The notes: generated by a model not told the origin, from the letters alone. A stretch of DNA of 63,885 nt, filler included, from Collodictyon triciliatum (GCA_043381765.1; 46 parts of 46 records of this genome joined end to end with filler, not necessarily neighbours in it), one strand, 5' to 3'; positions 37,633 to 50,126 are shown, numbered from the whole stretch's first letter. Program-made: numbers and translations.

Positions 37633-38918
37633 AAACGAACTGCCCTTCAGAAGCTGGTAGCACATCTCAGCAGCAAGCTCCTCATCCACTTCAGCAGCCT
37701 CAGAATACTGGCCAAACAGCCATTTTCCGTATTTTTCGTGGGTTTTTTCCATCTCTTTCTTTTCGGAAAAGTAAAACTTTTCGGTGGTCTCCAACAGCAG
37801 CTGGTGGAAGTACATGTATCTATGATAAACAATATTAGTTTTTATACCAAAATAAAACTATACCCAAAAAGCACCGATTAACGAACGAAAGGATTTAAAA
37901 AAAGACTAACCTTCCATTGCGGACGAAAAGCGACTCGATGAGGGTAAAGAAGAAGGACTTCCTATTTGAATGAATAAAAAGATTAGATAAATAAAAGAAT
38001 AAAAGAAAAAAGGCAAACCTATTAATTCTATTAAAATTTAGGAGTAAGCAAACCATCCAGCAAGCTCGAATCCTGTGCCAATCGCATCTTTCATGTACTT
38101 GTCCAGGTCACCTTCACTCAGGCCAATGCGAGAGACAAATAGAACCTTCATCGAGAGAGAGACATACTCGACCTTCATTGTCTCCTTTCCATCAGATGAG
38201 GAAACTGTTATAAAATCAATCAAAAAAATGGCAATTATAATTCTTTTTTTTTTTTTGAAAAATATGAAACCAATACTCACCTTCTCTGTCAAACTTCAGT
38301 TGCCAGCGCTTAATAATATGAGTGTAAAGCTCAATAACACCATCCGTAGAAAGGAGAGTATTCAGTTCTTCATCGAGCTTCTCATAGACACCAAAGACCC
38401 TGACCTCATCCAGAATTATGCGGAGATAGAGCGGATGGCCTAGAATAAAAAATATCAGATAAGAAAACTGAATCATTCCATGAAAATATTAATCTAATAT
38501 ATACATTTTAATAATGTCTCACCAGTATCTTCAAAGTCATCCAGAATCATTCCAACTTGCTTTTCGTTCAGGGTCTTGTCATAACGAATGAGGAATGTTT
38601 CGACACCATCCTTAATTTCGCCCTTGGTCAACTTGGCGACGGGAATCGGCTCCAGTCCACTTTGCTTGGCAGACTTGTAACAAATACATTTAGTAGAGTT
38701 CACTCAAATCATTTTATGCAGAATACAAGAATATCCCATAATATAAATAAATATTGAATACCGTGCAAGATTCATGGGTATGAATGGTCGACACAACCAT
38801 CGCAACATTAGGCGGTGTTTCCTTGGGCAACCAGGTCAGCAGATGCGGAGCTGGCGTTCCTTGCGACGGGTGGATTTGGTTGATGGCATCGATGAGGAAG
38901 ACAAACTTCTCGTCCCTA
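37633..38918 (-). CDS. NPHP3/TEP1-like NACHT-TPR protein, Walker B to helical region, spliced (paralog 3)
   Basis: FVFLIDAINQI..PHLLTWLPKETPPNVAMVVST, FLIRYDKTLNEKQV, GHPLYLRIILDEVRVFG. Confidence 0.88.
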
Positions 38919-39021
38919 TAANNNNNNNNNNNNNNNNNNNNNNNNNNNNNNNNNNNNNNNNNNNNTTAATTAATTAANNNNNNNNNNNNNNNNNNNNNNN
39001 NNNNNNNNNNNNNNNNNNNNN

Positions 39022-39095
<74 letters not shown>

Positions 39096-39189
39096 TTTTT
39101 TTGTCTTTTGTTTACGAAATGTATATGTTGACACGTGGTTGCTTTTGTTTATCACAGCGATCGATGCCAAAGGGTCGGCAGATCCATTT

Positions 39190-40118
39190 TACCTGTCTTC
39201 GGCTGCGCCTTCCAGTTATGGATCGAGTTCTGCAATTATGGCCGGTTCGCTTGAAAAGTTCTGCTTGGCCGACGACACTGTTTTCTTTTTCTTTTTATCC
39301 TTGCATTTCGCTAAAAATCTCAAAGTGCTCAATTTGCCTTACTAATTTTTATACTGGTTCGTTTTTCTTTTTTTTTTTTTCCCTCTTTATCTCTCTCTTT
39401 CCACTGATGGAACACATTGACAGGGAATGTGTATCGCTCGATTGAGAAACGTTTGGCTATGAGATGAGCGGCTTTCAAGCCCAAAGAGCCCAAAGAGCCC
39501 AGATACGTACGATTCTGGCCATACGAACATGCGAGGTGTTTATAGAAAAATCTTGCTAAGAACCAGAATCTCTGCGGTTGCCAGACGCAGAGGACGGACG
39601 AATGCGACTCGAGGACGCGCTGCCTGGCCGTGAAGAAGTCCGAGGAACGGTGTTGCCAGGCGAGGCCAAGGCCGAGCGTTGAGCTTGTGAGTTAGGTGGC
39701 GGAAGCACTTTAAGTTGCTGCGAAACCTGCCTCAGATTTTTGGAAAAGGTATTGTTATTTTATGTAAAAGAAAGCAGAGAAAAAAAAGGGCAATACGTCA
39801 ATAATATTGCCTTGAAATATTTATAATAGTACACAGCGTAAGTACCTCCTCTGGTGGAGTATATGCATCTTCTCTTCCCTTGACCATAAGTAAAGGGAAA
39901 ATTCGTATGTAGGTTTCATGAGTTTTTTTTTCTCAAAAGACTCATCATTTTTCACAAAATTTCAATAGCATCCAAATAATATCAACTACGTTATGGTCAT
40001 AAGGTCAATATTCGACAAGGATGTGATACCTTGTATACTTTACCATCAACGCCAAGAATGCTGAATTGCTTCGATTGTTGCGAAGACGAATGATTTAAAG
40101 ATGAGTATGGCTGGGTTC
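39190..40118 (-). CDS. Hypothetical Ser/Pro/Arg-rich protein, several small exons
   Basis: AG/GT-bounded blocks GREDAYTPPEE and QRSALASPGNTVPRTSSRPGSASSSRIRPSSASG; exon phases not fully resolved. Confidence 0.35.
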
Positions 40119-40250
40119 TATAATAGAGAGTAATATCATCAAATAACATTAAAAAAAAAAAAACAAGTCAATATATAATTCAACCAGGAGGCAAAATAGC
40201 ATTCTTTTCTTTGGATGAACGCTTAACGACATGAATTTCTTATCTCTCCT

Positions 40251-40282
<32 letters not shown>

Positions 40283-41023
40283 ATTTGTAGGGTTCCTTTT
40301 TTTTTTTTTTNNNNNNNNNNNNNNNNNNNNNNNNNNNNNNNNNNNNNNNNNNNNTTAATTAATTAANNNNNNNNNNNNNNNNNNNNNNNNNNNNNNNNNN
40401 NNNNNNNNNNGCCGCAACATTCCTGTTTATTTGTTTGACTCACAAGAACACAATACAGATTATCGACATCCTTGGCGACATTAAATCTCGACTGCCTCCC
40501 GCACCCTTATCTTAAACGCATTTCAAACGCGTTATAAACCCAAATAAGAAAATTATAGAATCGTTTTATTCATATCATTGACTAATTTTGGATTCCAATT
40601 ATGGAAAATATCTCTTCGTCTGCTTCAAGTGTTTTTCCTTCCGGCTTTTAGAAAAAGAACAGAGAAAGAAAGTTACTGTTGGCCTGTGCAGATCGCGCGT
40701 CCATCAGTCTCGGGGACTTTTCTTTTGTTCAGCGCGGTCTGGTTCGCGCGTGCCGGAGACTTTGATTGCCAGAAAGAATCAGCTGAAGAAACCATTCTTT
40801 TCTTTNNNNNNNNNNNNNNNNNNNNNNNNNNNNNNNNNNNNNNNNNNNNNNNNNNNNNNNNNNNNNNNNNNNNNNNNNNNNNNNNNNNNNNNNNNNNNNN
40901 NNNNNNNNNNNCATGATAACATCCATAATTTTGATTTTTGTAATGCTATATAATCGGATTTTTCTTATGAATTCAACCATTTTAAATCGTATGCATTCAT
41001 TTTAAATTATATATAAAAATCAG

Positions 41024-41480
41024 CCTCCTTTCTACGATGAAAACAGGAGAGTTATGTACGAAAAAATTCTATATGGTCATATCAACTATCCGGCTAAAAT
41101 TCCCCGGGACGCGCGCATAATAATTGAGGGGGTTTGTGCATACAAATCGAGTAATTCTTAAAAATAAGTTACTCGTATCGCATAGGCTATTCGTTGGTTC
41201 CATTTAAATATCATTATATGCATATGCTATTCGCCAAACCTTCATATTCAAGTTTATTGAAAAATATTTCACCATGTCAAAATGTAGTTTATCAGCTATA
41301 TATTGATAATTGTTGGTATATGAAAAACAGTTTTTAAACCGGAATCCTATTGAACGCCTCCAACACAAACCTGAATGTCCTGATGGCCTTTATGAAATCA
41401 AAAAATCAAGCTTCTTCTCTCGAGTTGATTGGGTCCGTTTGGAAATTAAAGATCTCGATCCGCCATACGTACCAAAGCTC
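41024..41480 (+). CDS. AGC-family protein kinase (Akt/SGK/Ypk-like), two C-lobe exons
   Basis: PPFYDENRRVMYEKILYG...FLNRNPIERL...EIKKSSFFSRVDWVRLEIKDLDPPYVPKL. Confidence 0.88.
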
Positions 41481-42676
41481 GTATGTATTATGCTGGTGCC
41501 ACCGGTTATTATTTTTGTGTCTATCCATGTAATTTTCTTTCTATTTTTTTGTTTCCTGTCTATTAATTGGCTTTTTTTTATCTATCTTTTTTATCTATCT
41601 TTTTTATCTCTCTTTTTTTATCTCTCTTTTTTTATCTCTCTTTTTTTATCTCTCTTTTTTTATCTCTCTTTTTTTATCTCTCTTTTTTTATCTCTCTTTT
41701 NNNNNNNNNNNNNNNNNNNNNNNNNNNNNNNNNNNNNNNNNNNNTTAATTAATTAANNNNNNNNNNNNNNNNNNNNNNNNNNNNNNNNNNNNNNNNNNNN
41801 AAAAAAGAGAGAAAAAAGAGAGAAAAAAGAGAGAAAAAAGAGAGAAAAAAGAGAGAAAAAAGAGAGAAAAAGAGAGAAAAAAGAGAGAAAAAAGAGAGAA
41901 AAAAGAGAGAAAAAAGAGAGAAAAAAGAGAGAAAAAAGAGAGAGAAAAGGAATTAATCGTTTGAAGACACAACCAAGTGACAATTGAAACCATCCCAGCC
42001 TTGCACCGGCATTGTAAGCGCTTCCCAATGCATGACTCGCAAAGTTTTCTTTTCGGCGGCTGTTTGACATGCAGAAGGAAGTGGCATATCGAGCAGGATT
42101 TCTTTGATCTGGTTTGATTTGTTCCAAATTGCTCGATTGCGTTCTCAACGAAGTCTTTCAAAAGCGGAATTTATACTTTTATCACTCTAGAATCACGCCA
42201 CACCGAACAATTCACAAGCACCAATTCACCATTTTGCTCATGCTCGCTGTGCTCGTCCATTACTGGACGCAAGCCTCTGCGGCACTCTTCTAGCGCATCA
42301 CAGCAACCAGAGACCTAACCAATAAACACAATTCCGCGAGAATAAACACAAGCATGTGGAATCGTGGTGCTGGCCACTTCTTGGATGGCTCTGGTAAAAA
42401 TCAGAGTTGATTCTCGGTAGAATTTATGATGTTGGTGCCAATGAGGAAAGTAATAAGGATGTGGTGATTGGGCATGCACAAGCAAGTCGGATATTGTGTC
42501 CTGTGCATCCACGAGGGGAAAGAGAGACAAGGTTAGGACGAAGAATTATGCAAATAGATGCATAATAGTGGTCCGTGCTTTGAAATTGCACCGAGGCTGA
42601 TGATTTAAATACGTATTTAAGCGTTTTATTCTGTTTTGTGAGTGGGCGGGGCGTCTAGTATTAAGGCTGGACAATC

Positions 42677-43088
42677 TTAGTTGGCCAAGCCGTAAACATA
42701 GAGGCCGGAGATGCAGGTGAACTTGTCACCATTGTTTGCAGTCACGTGGACAAGGAAGGACTCATAGGCGGTCTCCTCCTGTGTGATTAGATGAGTGAGG
42801 AATGTGTGAATAGATTGCTGTGGCATAGTTACAGAGAAAGCAGGGTGCAGTGACAGGGATATGAGAAAAGGTTAAGGGATGTGGGAAGAAGAAGAAAACC
42901 GTACATCGCTCGAAGGCAGGAAATGGTCGGGCTCAAAGGAATCCAGAGAAAGGACAGTGCGTTTCTTGCCATTAATCTGCCCTTCGATGGTCACAGACTT
43001 GGGTGTGCAGCTCTTGTGCTTCATCGCTGGGGATTGTCTGAACAAGAATCCAGCCACACGGTTCGCAGAGGACAGGCGAATGCTAAAT
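42677..43088 (-). CDS. SUN (Sad1/UNC-84)-like domain, last two exons
   Basis: SCTPKSVTIEG and VTANNGDKFTCISGLYVYG-LAN-stop resemble the SUN motifs SSAPKDF.V.G and SN.G...TC.YR.RVHG; intron 42904-42779. Confidence 0.6.
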
Positions 43089-43188
43089 NNNNNNNNNNNN
43101 NNNNNNNNNNNNNNNNNNNNNNNNNNNNNNNNTTAATTAATTAANNNNNNNNNNNNNNNNNNNNNNNNNNNNNNNNNNNNNNNNNNNN

Positions 43189-44198
43189 TTTAGCTTCTTC
43201 AGCTCTTTTAGCTTCTTCAGCTCTTTTAGCTTCTTCAGCTCTTTTAGCTTCTTCAGCTCTTTTAGCTTCTTCAGCTCTTTTAGCTTCTTCAGCTTTTTTA
43301 GCTTCTTCAGCTCTTTTAGCTTCTTCAGCTGCGGTGTCGACCTAGGGTTATGTTAGTTGTGTGCTGTGTTGTGTATGTGGGGGTTGGGGGTGGATGTGTG
43401 CTTACGGGGTCGTAGAGCTGCAGAGCGCGGATGTGTTTATTGACTGAGTATTCTGTGTTAGTCCAACAGGGGAGATTTGAGATGCCACGCGGGGCTCTCT
43501 TTATGTTTACTTTTCCACTCCCATCTACCATGTCAAGTTTCTTCAGATTTGTGAGCGCTGTGATTTGTGCTGGAAGCTCCTCCATCTGTGTGTATCGTTG
43601 TCAGTCATTATCTTTTAAACATAAATAATAATATAATATATGAATAAAAACATACCGGATTGTTGAATACATAAAGTTCTGTGAGACCAGTCAAACACGA
43701 TATTTGTGCAGGTAGTGATGACAGCTGATTGACACTAACACCCAATACTTTCAGACGAGTCAAACACGATATTTGTGCAGGTAATGATGACAGCTGATTG
43801 TCATTAACATAAAGTTCTATGAGACCAGTCAAACACGATATTTGTGCAGGTAGTGATGACAGCTGATTGCCAGCAACAGAAAGATATGTGAGACCAGTCA
43901 AACACGATATTTGTGCAGGTAGCGATGACAGCTTATTGTTATAAACACCAAGTATACTGAGACCAGTCAAACACGATATTTGTGCAGGTAGTGATGACAG
44001 CTTATTGTTCCAAAGACGCAATTCTTTCAGACCAGTCAACAAAAAAACACCAGGCGGCACAGATGACAGATTCTTGTCATAGAGACTCAGATATGTGGAG
44101 CTTTTCAGAGTGGCAATATTAGCAATTGACCAATTAGAGAGTATCAGGACTTCTACCATAAGCGCATCCACTTGGGCAGGTGTGAGACAGTCGGACAT
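43189..44198 (-). CDS. Variable LRR protein A: cap, six 23-aa LRR modules, terminal LRR/cap exon, (AEEAKR)n stalk
   Basis: Exons 44198-43656, 43585-43406, 43341-43189; constant LSSLPAQISCLTGL with variable xxLxVxxN. Confidence 0.92.
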
Positions 44199-44576
44199 CT
44201 GGACAGATTCCGACTGTATATATGGGTAGACTGGCTGGGTGTCAATAAAATACACATCATTTATTTGTTTTATGAGTGAACTTAACAATCACACAGGACA
44301 GAACTACTCGAGTCAGGACGGTAGAGTTGTGCACTTGGAGATCAGAAAGTACTTTGAATAAGAAAAAAAAGTAAGGATTTCGACAAGACGAGGTTAAATA
44401 TCCCGCAAAGGCCGGCGGATTTTTCCGAGAAGACGACTTGTGCAGAACTTGTGTGCTTGTGCTTCCTTGGAAATTTNNNNNNNNNNNNNNNNNNNNNNNN
44501 NNNNNNNNNNNNNNNNNNNNTTAATTAATTAANNNNNNNNNNNNNNNNNNNNNNNNNNNNNNNNNNNNNNNNNNNN

Positions 44577-44850
44577 GGACTCTTCCCAAAGTTTGTTCGC
44601 TTTCAAGAAGGAGGCGAGCGCATCTGTTAGCCTGCGGGCCTTGTTCTTGTTGTAAACGACTTGCTCGACCCCGTGCAAAAATACTGTTCGCTCAGACAGA
44701 CTTGCAGGCGGCTTCCTTGCGCGGGTCTTCCTAGACTTACGTGCCACTCGGGGTTTTCCGCACCAGCGTTGGAACCAAGAACTGGCTGCAACTTGCAAGG
44801 CTTTCGACGGGTGGAGTTTTCCATCAGGCGCGGGAAGCTTGATTGAAAAT
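44577..44850 (-). mobile_element. ORF1-like fragment of a LINE
   Basis: GC-richer intronless basic frame ...ERTVFLHGVEQVVYNKNKARRLTDALASFLKANKLW. Confidence 0.4.
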
Positions 44851-44864
44851 CAAGCGCGGGCTAG

Positions 44865-45190
44865 CCACTCATTCCTGATAATAGGCTGGATGACATCATA
44901 AAAATCTCTTTCCTCAACAGCTTCCTTCGCCACCTGCACGTTCTCCACTACTCAGACCCTGTGAAAAGAGACATGCGGAAAGAGGCCAAGATAGATATTC
45001 AACCTCGCTTTGTCTCTCCCATGCAAGCACAAGACCCAGACTACAGACCAAACCGCAGGATTCAATTGCTCATTACCGACTACTTCTCCGCCACCCGGCC
45101 ACCTAGTAGCGTCCATGCAAACGACGGCTAGCAAATCAAGACCAAAACTTCCACCATCCTGCACAAAATTGAACGGAAGAATAAAATAGA
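44865..45190 (+). mobile_element. Repeat family C, 3' end, copy 2, with open C-terminal frame
   Basis: Open frame PLIPDNRLDDIIKISFLNSFLRHL...RPNRRIQLLITDYFSATRPP...DG-stop, then AATAAA; matches 33630-33790. Confidence 0.65.
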
Positions 45191-45964
45191 ATGTTTAGTA
45201 CCAACTTGCTGAGACTGGGGAAGCAGAAACACGATAGAGCAAGCAAGTTGATTACCTTTATTTTCGTATTTGAATTTTTAGATTATATGAATACTATTGT
45301 GAATGCAGTATATCATCATATGGACAAAAATGTGCTGGCAATATCTGGGGTTAGGGTTAGGAATTTGAAGAATAATACTTTTTATGCTCATTTTTACTCT
45401 CGGTGGTTGTGAATTTGAAACCCTAGTAACTTTGGAAGCTTGCGTGGAACAGAATGAATACTATTATTCTATCAAATAACCTTGATGCCGATAGCGATAA
45501 TAATAATCACGATTACGAAGGATGCATATAGCAACTGAAAAGACAAATCAACGACGATAAAACAATTTCGAAAAAAAAAACACGAGCTTTGATCTCCCAA
45601 AGTACGTGATATGTTAGGGTTGGTGTTGAATAATATAATACAGGAATGGTGTTTTTTTATCATCGTAATTATCATTAGTATTATTATCATTAGTATTATT
45701 ATCATTAGTATTATTATCATTAGTATTATTATCATTAGTATTATTATCATTAGTATTATTATCATTAGTATTATTATCATTAGCATTATTATCATGAAAA
45801 TTTTATTATTGACATGGAGTTTTTTATATCTATTTTCTACGAGCTTTTATATGTCAAATGCGAANNNNNNNNNNNNNNNNNNNNNNNNNNNNNNNNNNNN
45901 NNNNNNNNTTAATTAATTAANNNNNNNNNNNNNNNNNNNNNNNNNNNNNNNNNNNNNNNNNNNN

Positions 45965-47252
45965 ATATGATTCCGACCACAATCAAACATAGCACACAAA
46001 GGATGAACTTGTCTGTGGCCATACGCCGCATGAATGAACGGAGCTGCTTGGAGGCTTCTTCCAAATTGTCTTGAAGCTTCATGGTTAATTATATCATCAT
46101 TAGTTCGACAAGTTATCTTCTAATTCTTCTTCTCTTATCTATCCTTAATGTTAGTAAAGCATATTGATGTGATTTTTTTTTAAAAAAAAATAAAAAAAAA
46201 TAATTAAGTGAAGTGAAATGGAATGTGGTGGAAAAAGGGGGGAAAAGAATAAAGAAAAAAAGCAATGCAGAAACGGGCATTTATATAAGATGTATAGGAT
46301 TTTGGGAGGGTTATTGTATGGCATTCCATTCTTCTATTGAAATGATAAGCAATGATAATATTTATAGTGGCGAGTATTTACCAGTTCAACATCCTGGCTG
46401 ATAGATTTGAGTTGTTCTGTTTGTTGTTTCAAGGCGACATTGGTTGCTATGCCAATCTAAAATGTTATTCGTGATAGATAAGCAGCATATTATTAAGATT
46501 AGATGCATTCATAGGCGATTATGTATGCTAGTTTCGTGACCAATAGCTTTTTAGTTTCAAGATATGTGCAATATCTCCAACGGTTTCGGTTAAAAAAATT
46601 CTAGTCGAAGTACAGCACGAAGTATATGACAGCTTTGATGATGCAAAGCAAGTTCATGTAAATGTATAAGGAAACCGCACATCTTTCGTTTGCTCGATAA
46701 CTTTTTTAGAACGCTGCAAAGAGCTTATAGAGTCATCCTGAACAGCGAGAGTCTGGTAATAGACATCCTGCGGCTTTTCTGTGAAAACGATATTGATATG
46801 TTAAATGGTGTATGCACCTATACATGAAGATATTTGAACCGAAAAAAACACTGGCTAAGTAGAATGAGATTGTATAAAATAGCTTTCTTTTTTTTTTAAT
46901 ATATAACTAAAAAAAATAACGGTAAAGCAAATCATATTGTAGTCATTTGCATAAGTAATATATGCATCTGAAACCTCGCACTCCAGTTGGCTCGCGGCAT
47001 TTTAAGTTTGTTATTCTCAGTTGAATTGTACTTATCTCCGAATTGTGTTGTGCCAGTTTCTTTGCATTCATATTATAAAATTGGTATATAGTGAGTGACA
47101 TCTCAGCCATAATTCGGCTTTTATGAGAATAACGAATAAAAAAAATATGTATAAATATGTTGATTCATAGAATGCCATCATGCAAATCGATTTAGGATTC
47201 ATACACTTTCGTATATTCTTTGACTTGAACTTGGAATGTCCTTAATCTCGAT
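45965..47252 (-). CDS. Qb-SNARE of the NPSN (novel plant SNARE) type, spliced
   Basis: QDDSISSLQRSKKVIEQTKD-IGIATNVALKQQTEQLKSISQDVEL-LQDNLEEASKQLRSFMRRMATDKFILCVLCLIVVGII. Confidence 0.85.
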
Positions 47253-47551
47253 NNNNNNNNNNNNNNNNNNNNNNNNNNNNNNNNNNNNNNNNNNNNTTAA
47301 TTAATTAANNNNNNNNNNNNNNNNNNNNNNNNNNNNNNNNNNNNNNNNNNNNATACATACATACATACATACATACATACATACATACATACATACATAC
47401 ATACATACATACATACATACATACATACATACATACATACATACATACTTACAAAGAGCAAAAAACCCAACAGATACTTAATTTTTGTTGAATATAAACT
47501 GGCTCCTAACATAAATTGAAATTCATATACACCATGTTCATTATTTTTTTC

Positions 47552-47594
<43 letters not shown>

Positions 47595-47762
47595 TTGTAG
47601 CCAAAGACTTATTGATTTACTTATATGATACATACATTTGGGTAGGCTTTTGGCCATAAGCAAGCATCGATTCTTGAAGGAGGACTTGGAAAATGGAAAT
47701 TTGAGAAAAGGACAATCGAAGCAGGACCTTTTCATGCTCCTAGGTCTCGTTGTCATTACCAG

Positions 47763-48504
47763 TCCAATTTTCAGCGAGGTATTGTTCGTAGCATCGACGA
47801 AGTGAAGCAAAATATCATTACAAAATCAGAACAGGTAATTTCAGCTGCACTGGAATCATCTCTTCAGAACTCGTTCTTTTTTTTTTCATTCTTGAGAAAA
47901 CAATCATCATTCAAGTTATGACTATTTGATTCGAAAGTGCGTTACCGGTGCTATTTTGCTACCGTCCCGGGGTACTAAGAAGCTACAATATGGGAAAGGT
48001 AATTGACGCTCGCTCTCGCGGTCGGTTTGTTGGAACTGAGCCGGAGCCTCGCCCAGGGCTGAGAGGCGGACATATTCCGGGATCCTTAAACCTTCCATTC
48101 GACGAAATACTTGAGACAAAAGCCGACGGAGCATTCAAAACCTATATCTCTGACGAGCAGCTTGCTAAAAAATTCAAGGATGCGGGGCTGAATATCGAGC
48201 AAGTAGGAACTTATTCATTCTGCGATATAAATTTAACCCTCTTGTATTATACGACGAGGAGAAAATAGTAATGAAAGCACATGGCGAGAAAACATATGTG
48301 TCGAAAATTTATTTTGAAATGAGTTATGAAGCCATTTTCTGCAATCAACACTACTATTGATACCTATCTATTTTGTAAAGCCCGTTGCGACAACATGTGG
48401 CTCTGGGGTGACAGCATCCGTCCTGTTTTTTGCACTTCACAGACTCAATCCGAGCCTTAAGCTTTCTCTGTACGATGGGTCTTGGTCTGAATGGGGTGCC
48501 CAGG
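47763..48504 (+). CDS. MPST: 3-mercaptopyruvate sulfurtransferase / rhodanese, C-terminal domain exons
   Basis: VIDARSRGRFVGTEPEPRPGLRGGHIPGSLNLPF, active loop CGSGVT, LYDGSWSEWG. Confidence 0.93.
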
Positions 48505-48912
48505 TATGAGCCTGATATCGATCTGGAGCTAGCCTGTCATCTTCTTTTTCTCTGTGTGCATGTGACGGACTGGTTGATTCACGTCCTCTTTTTTTTTTTT
48601 TTTTTTTGGTTTTTTATTTTTTTTTTTTTTTTTTTTTTTNNNNNNNNNNNNNNNNNNNNNNNNNNNNNNNNNNNNNNNNNNNNTTAATTAATTAANNNNN
48701 NNNNNNNNNNNNNNNNNNNNNNNNNNNNNNNNNNNNNNNAGAAAGAGAAAGAGAAAGAGAAAGAGAAAGAGAAAGAGAAAGAGAAAGAGAAAGAGAAAGA
48801 GAAAGAGAAAGAGAAAGAGAAAGAGAAAGAGAAAGAGAAAGAGAAAGAGAAAGAGAAAGAGAAAGAGAAAGAGAAAGAGAAAGAAAGAGAGATAGTGATG
48901 ATTAAGGCGTAC

Positions 48913-49745
48913 CCCATCGGGTGTAGACCATTCCTTTCCAGTGCTTCCAACATAAAGAAGCCCGTCTTTGACTGTGGCCCACTCGCACTTGAATCCCTTG
49001 GATGTTCCGCCGCTTCCGTCCATCAGAATGACACGTGGAATGGCAACTTCATCCAATATTTCGAACACTGCCCATACAAAAGAAAAAAAAGGATATGTTA
49101 TCTTCATGGAAAATATTAGTAAAAAATGAATAAAAAAAGACAACAAACCATCACAAGAAATATACCAATTTTGAATATAGTTATTATGGAGAGGAGGTAC
49201 AAATAAAAATATATGCAAATTTGAACAAAAGTAATGGTATATGAGCAAAAAAATAATAATGAATAACTATATTATTCAGATGCTAAAGGAATCCTTTAAA
49301 CAAAAGAATATAAATTACTAATTCCAGTCCTGTCATCAAAAGTGTAAAGCTTGTCGTTGAACTTAACCAGCTCAGAGAGCTCCAAACCGCGCCCGCCTTC
49401 GTTGATGCCCGTGTTGAGAGAAATCTATGTCCCACAAAACAAATGTTGCAAAGAAAAACAGAAAGAAGGATGTACATAAGTCAAAATTAAAAAAAAAATA
49501 GGGGACATATCATAACGAACAAAATAGCTTTTTTGTGATAATAACCTCATCCTCCCAGACGATCGAATATTTCCCGTCTGCAGTTCGACTCAACACACCA
49601 GTTCGAAGCAGGCTGTACCACAATCCGGCAGCTTTTGAGGCTTTATCCATATCAGCAATAATCGAAAAGCGAAAAGAGTCCTTTGGAAGAGGATTTGCTC
49701 GTCTGTTAGGGATTTGTTTACGATCTTAATACATTTATATCCAGC
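48913..49745 (-). CDS. CANT1: Calcium-activated nucleotidase (apyrase), spliced
   Basis: FSIIADMDKAS, GGRGLELSELVKFNDKLYTFDDRTG, GFKCEWATVKDGLLYVGSTGKEW. Confidence 0.93.
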
Positions 49746-50126
49746 TCGGAAAAATAGCAACTCCAGCACCAAATAAATTAAAACAAAATAAAACAAAATA
49801 AAACAGAATAAAACAGAATAAAACAGAATAAAACAGAATAAAACAGAATAAAACAGAATAAAACAGAATAAAACAGAATAAAACAGAATAAAACAGAATA
49901 AAACACAATAAAGCAAAAGTTACCAAAGCAGCTAACAGGTAAGGAATTTATTTCTTATAAAAATGAAATGTAAATTGGAAAAATGTTGGCTTTTTTCAAG
50001 AAAAAGATATATAAGTATGTACAGAANNNNNNNNNNNNNNNNNNNNNNNNNNNNNNNNNNNNNNNNNNNNTTAATTAATTAANNNNNNNNNNNNNNNNNN
50101 NNNNNNNNNNNNNNNNNNNNNNNNNN

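Noticed and set aside
43656-44040. DGR-like adenine-specific mutagenesis of the LRR cassettes (NNT/NNC codons)
   Set aside because: Third-position adenines in the adjacent constant block (TCA CTA GCA CAA ATA) are almost invariant, and no template repeat or DGR-type RT is seen; selection plus concerted evolution explains the pattern better.
43656-44040. 69-bp constant/variable periodicity as a CRISPR array
   Set aside because: It is an in-frame LRR coding repeat inside a spliced eukaryotic gene, and the variable parts are homologous to one another.
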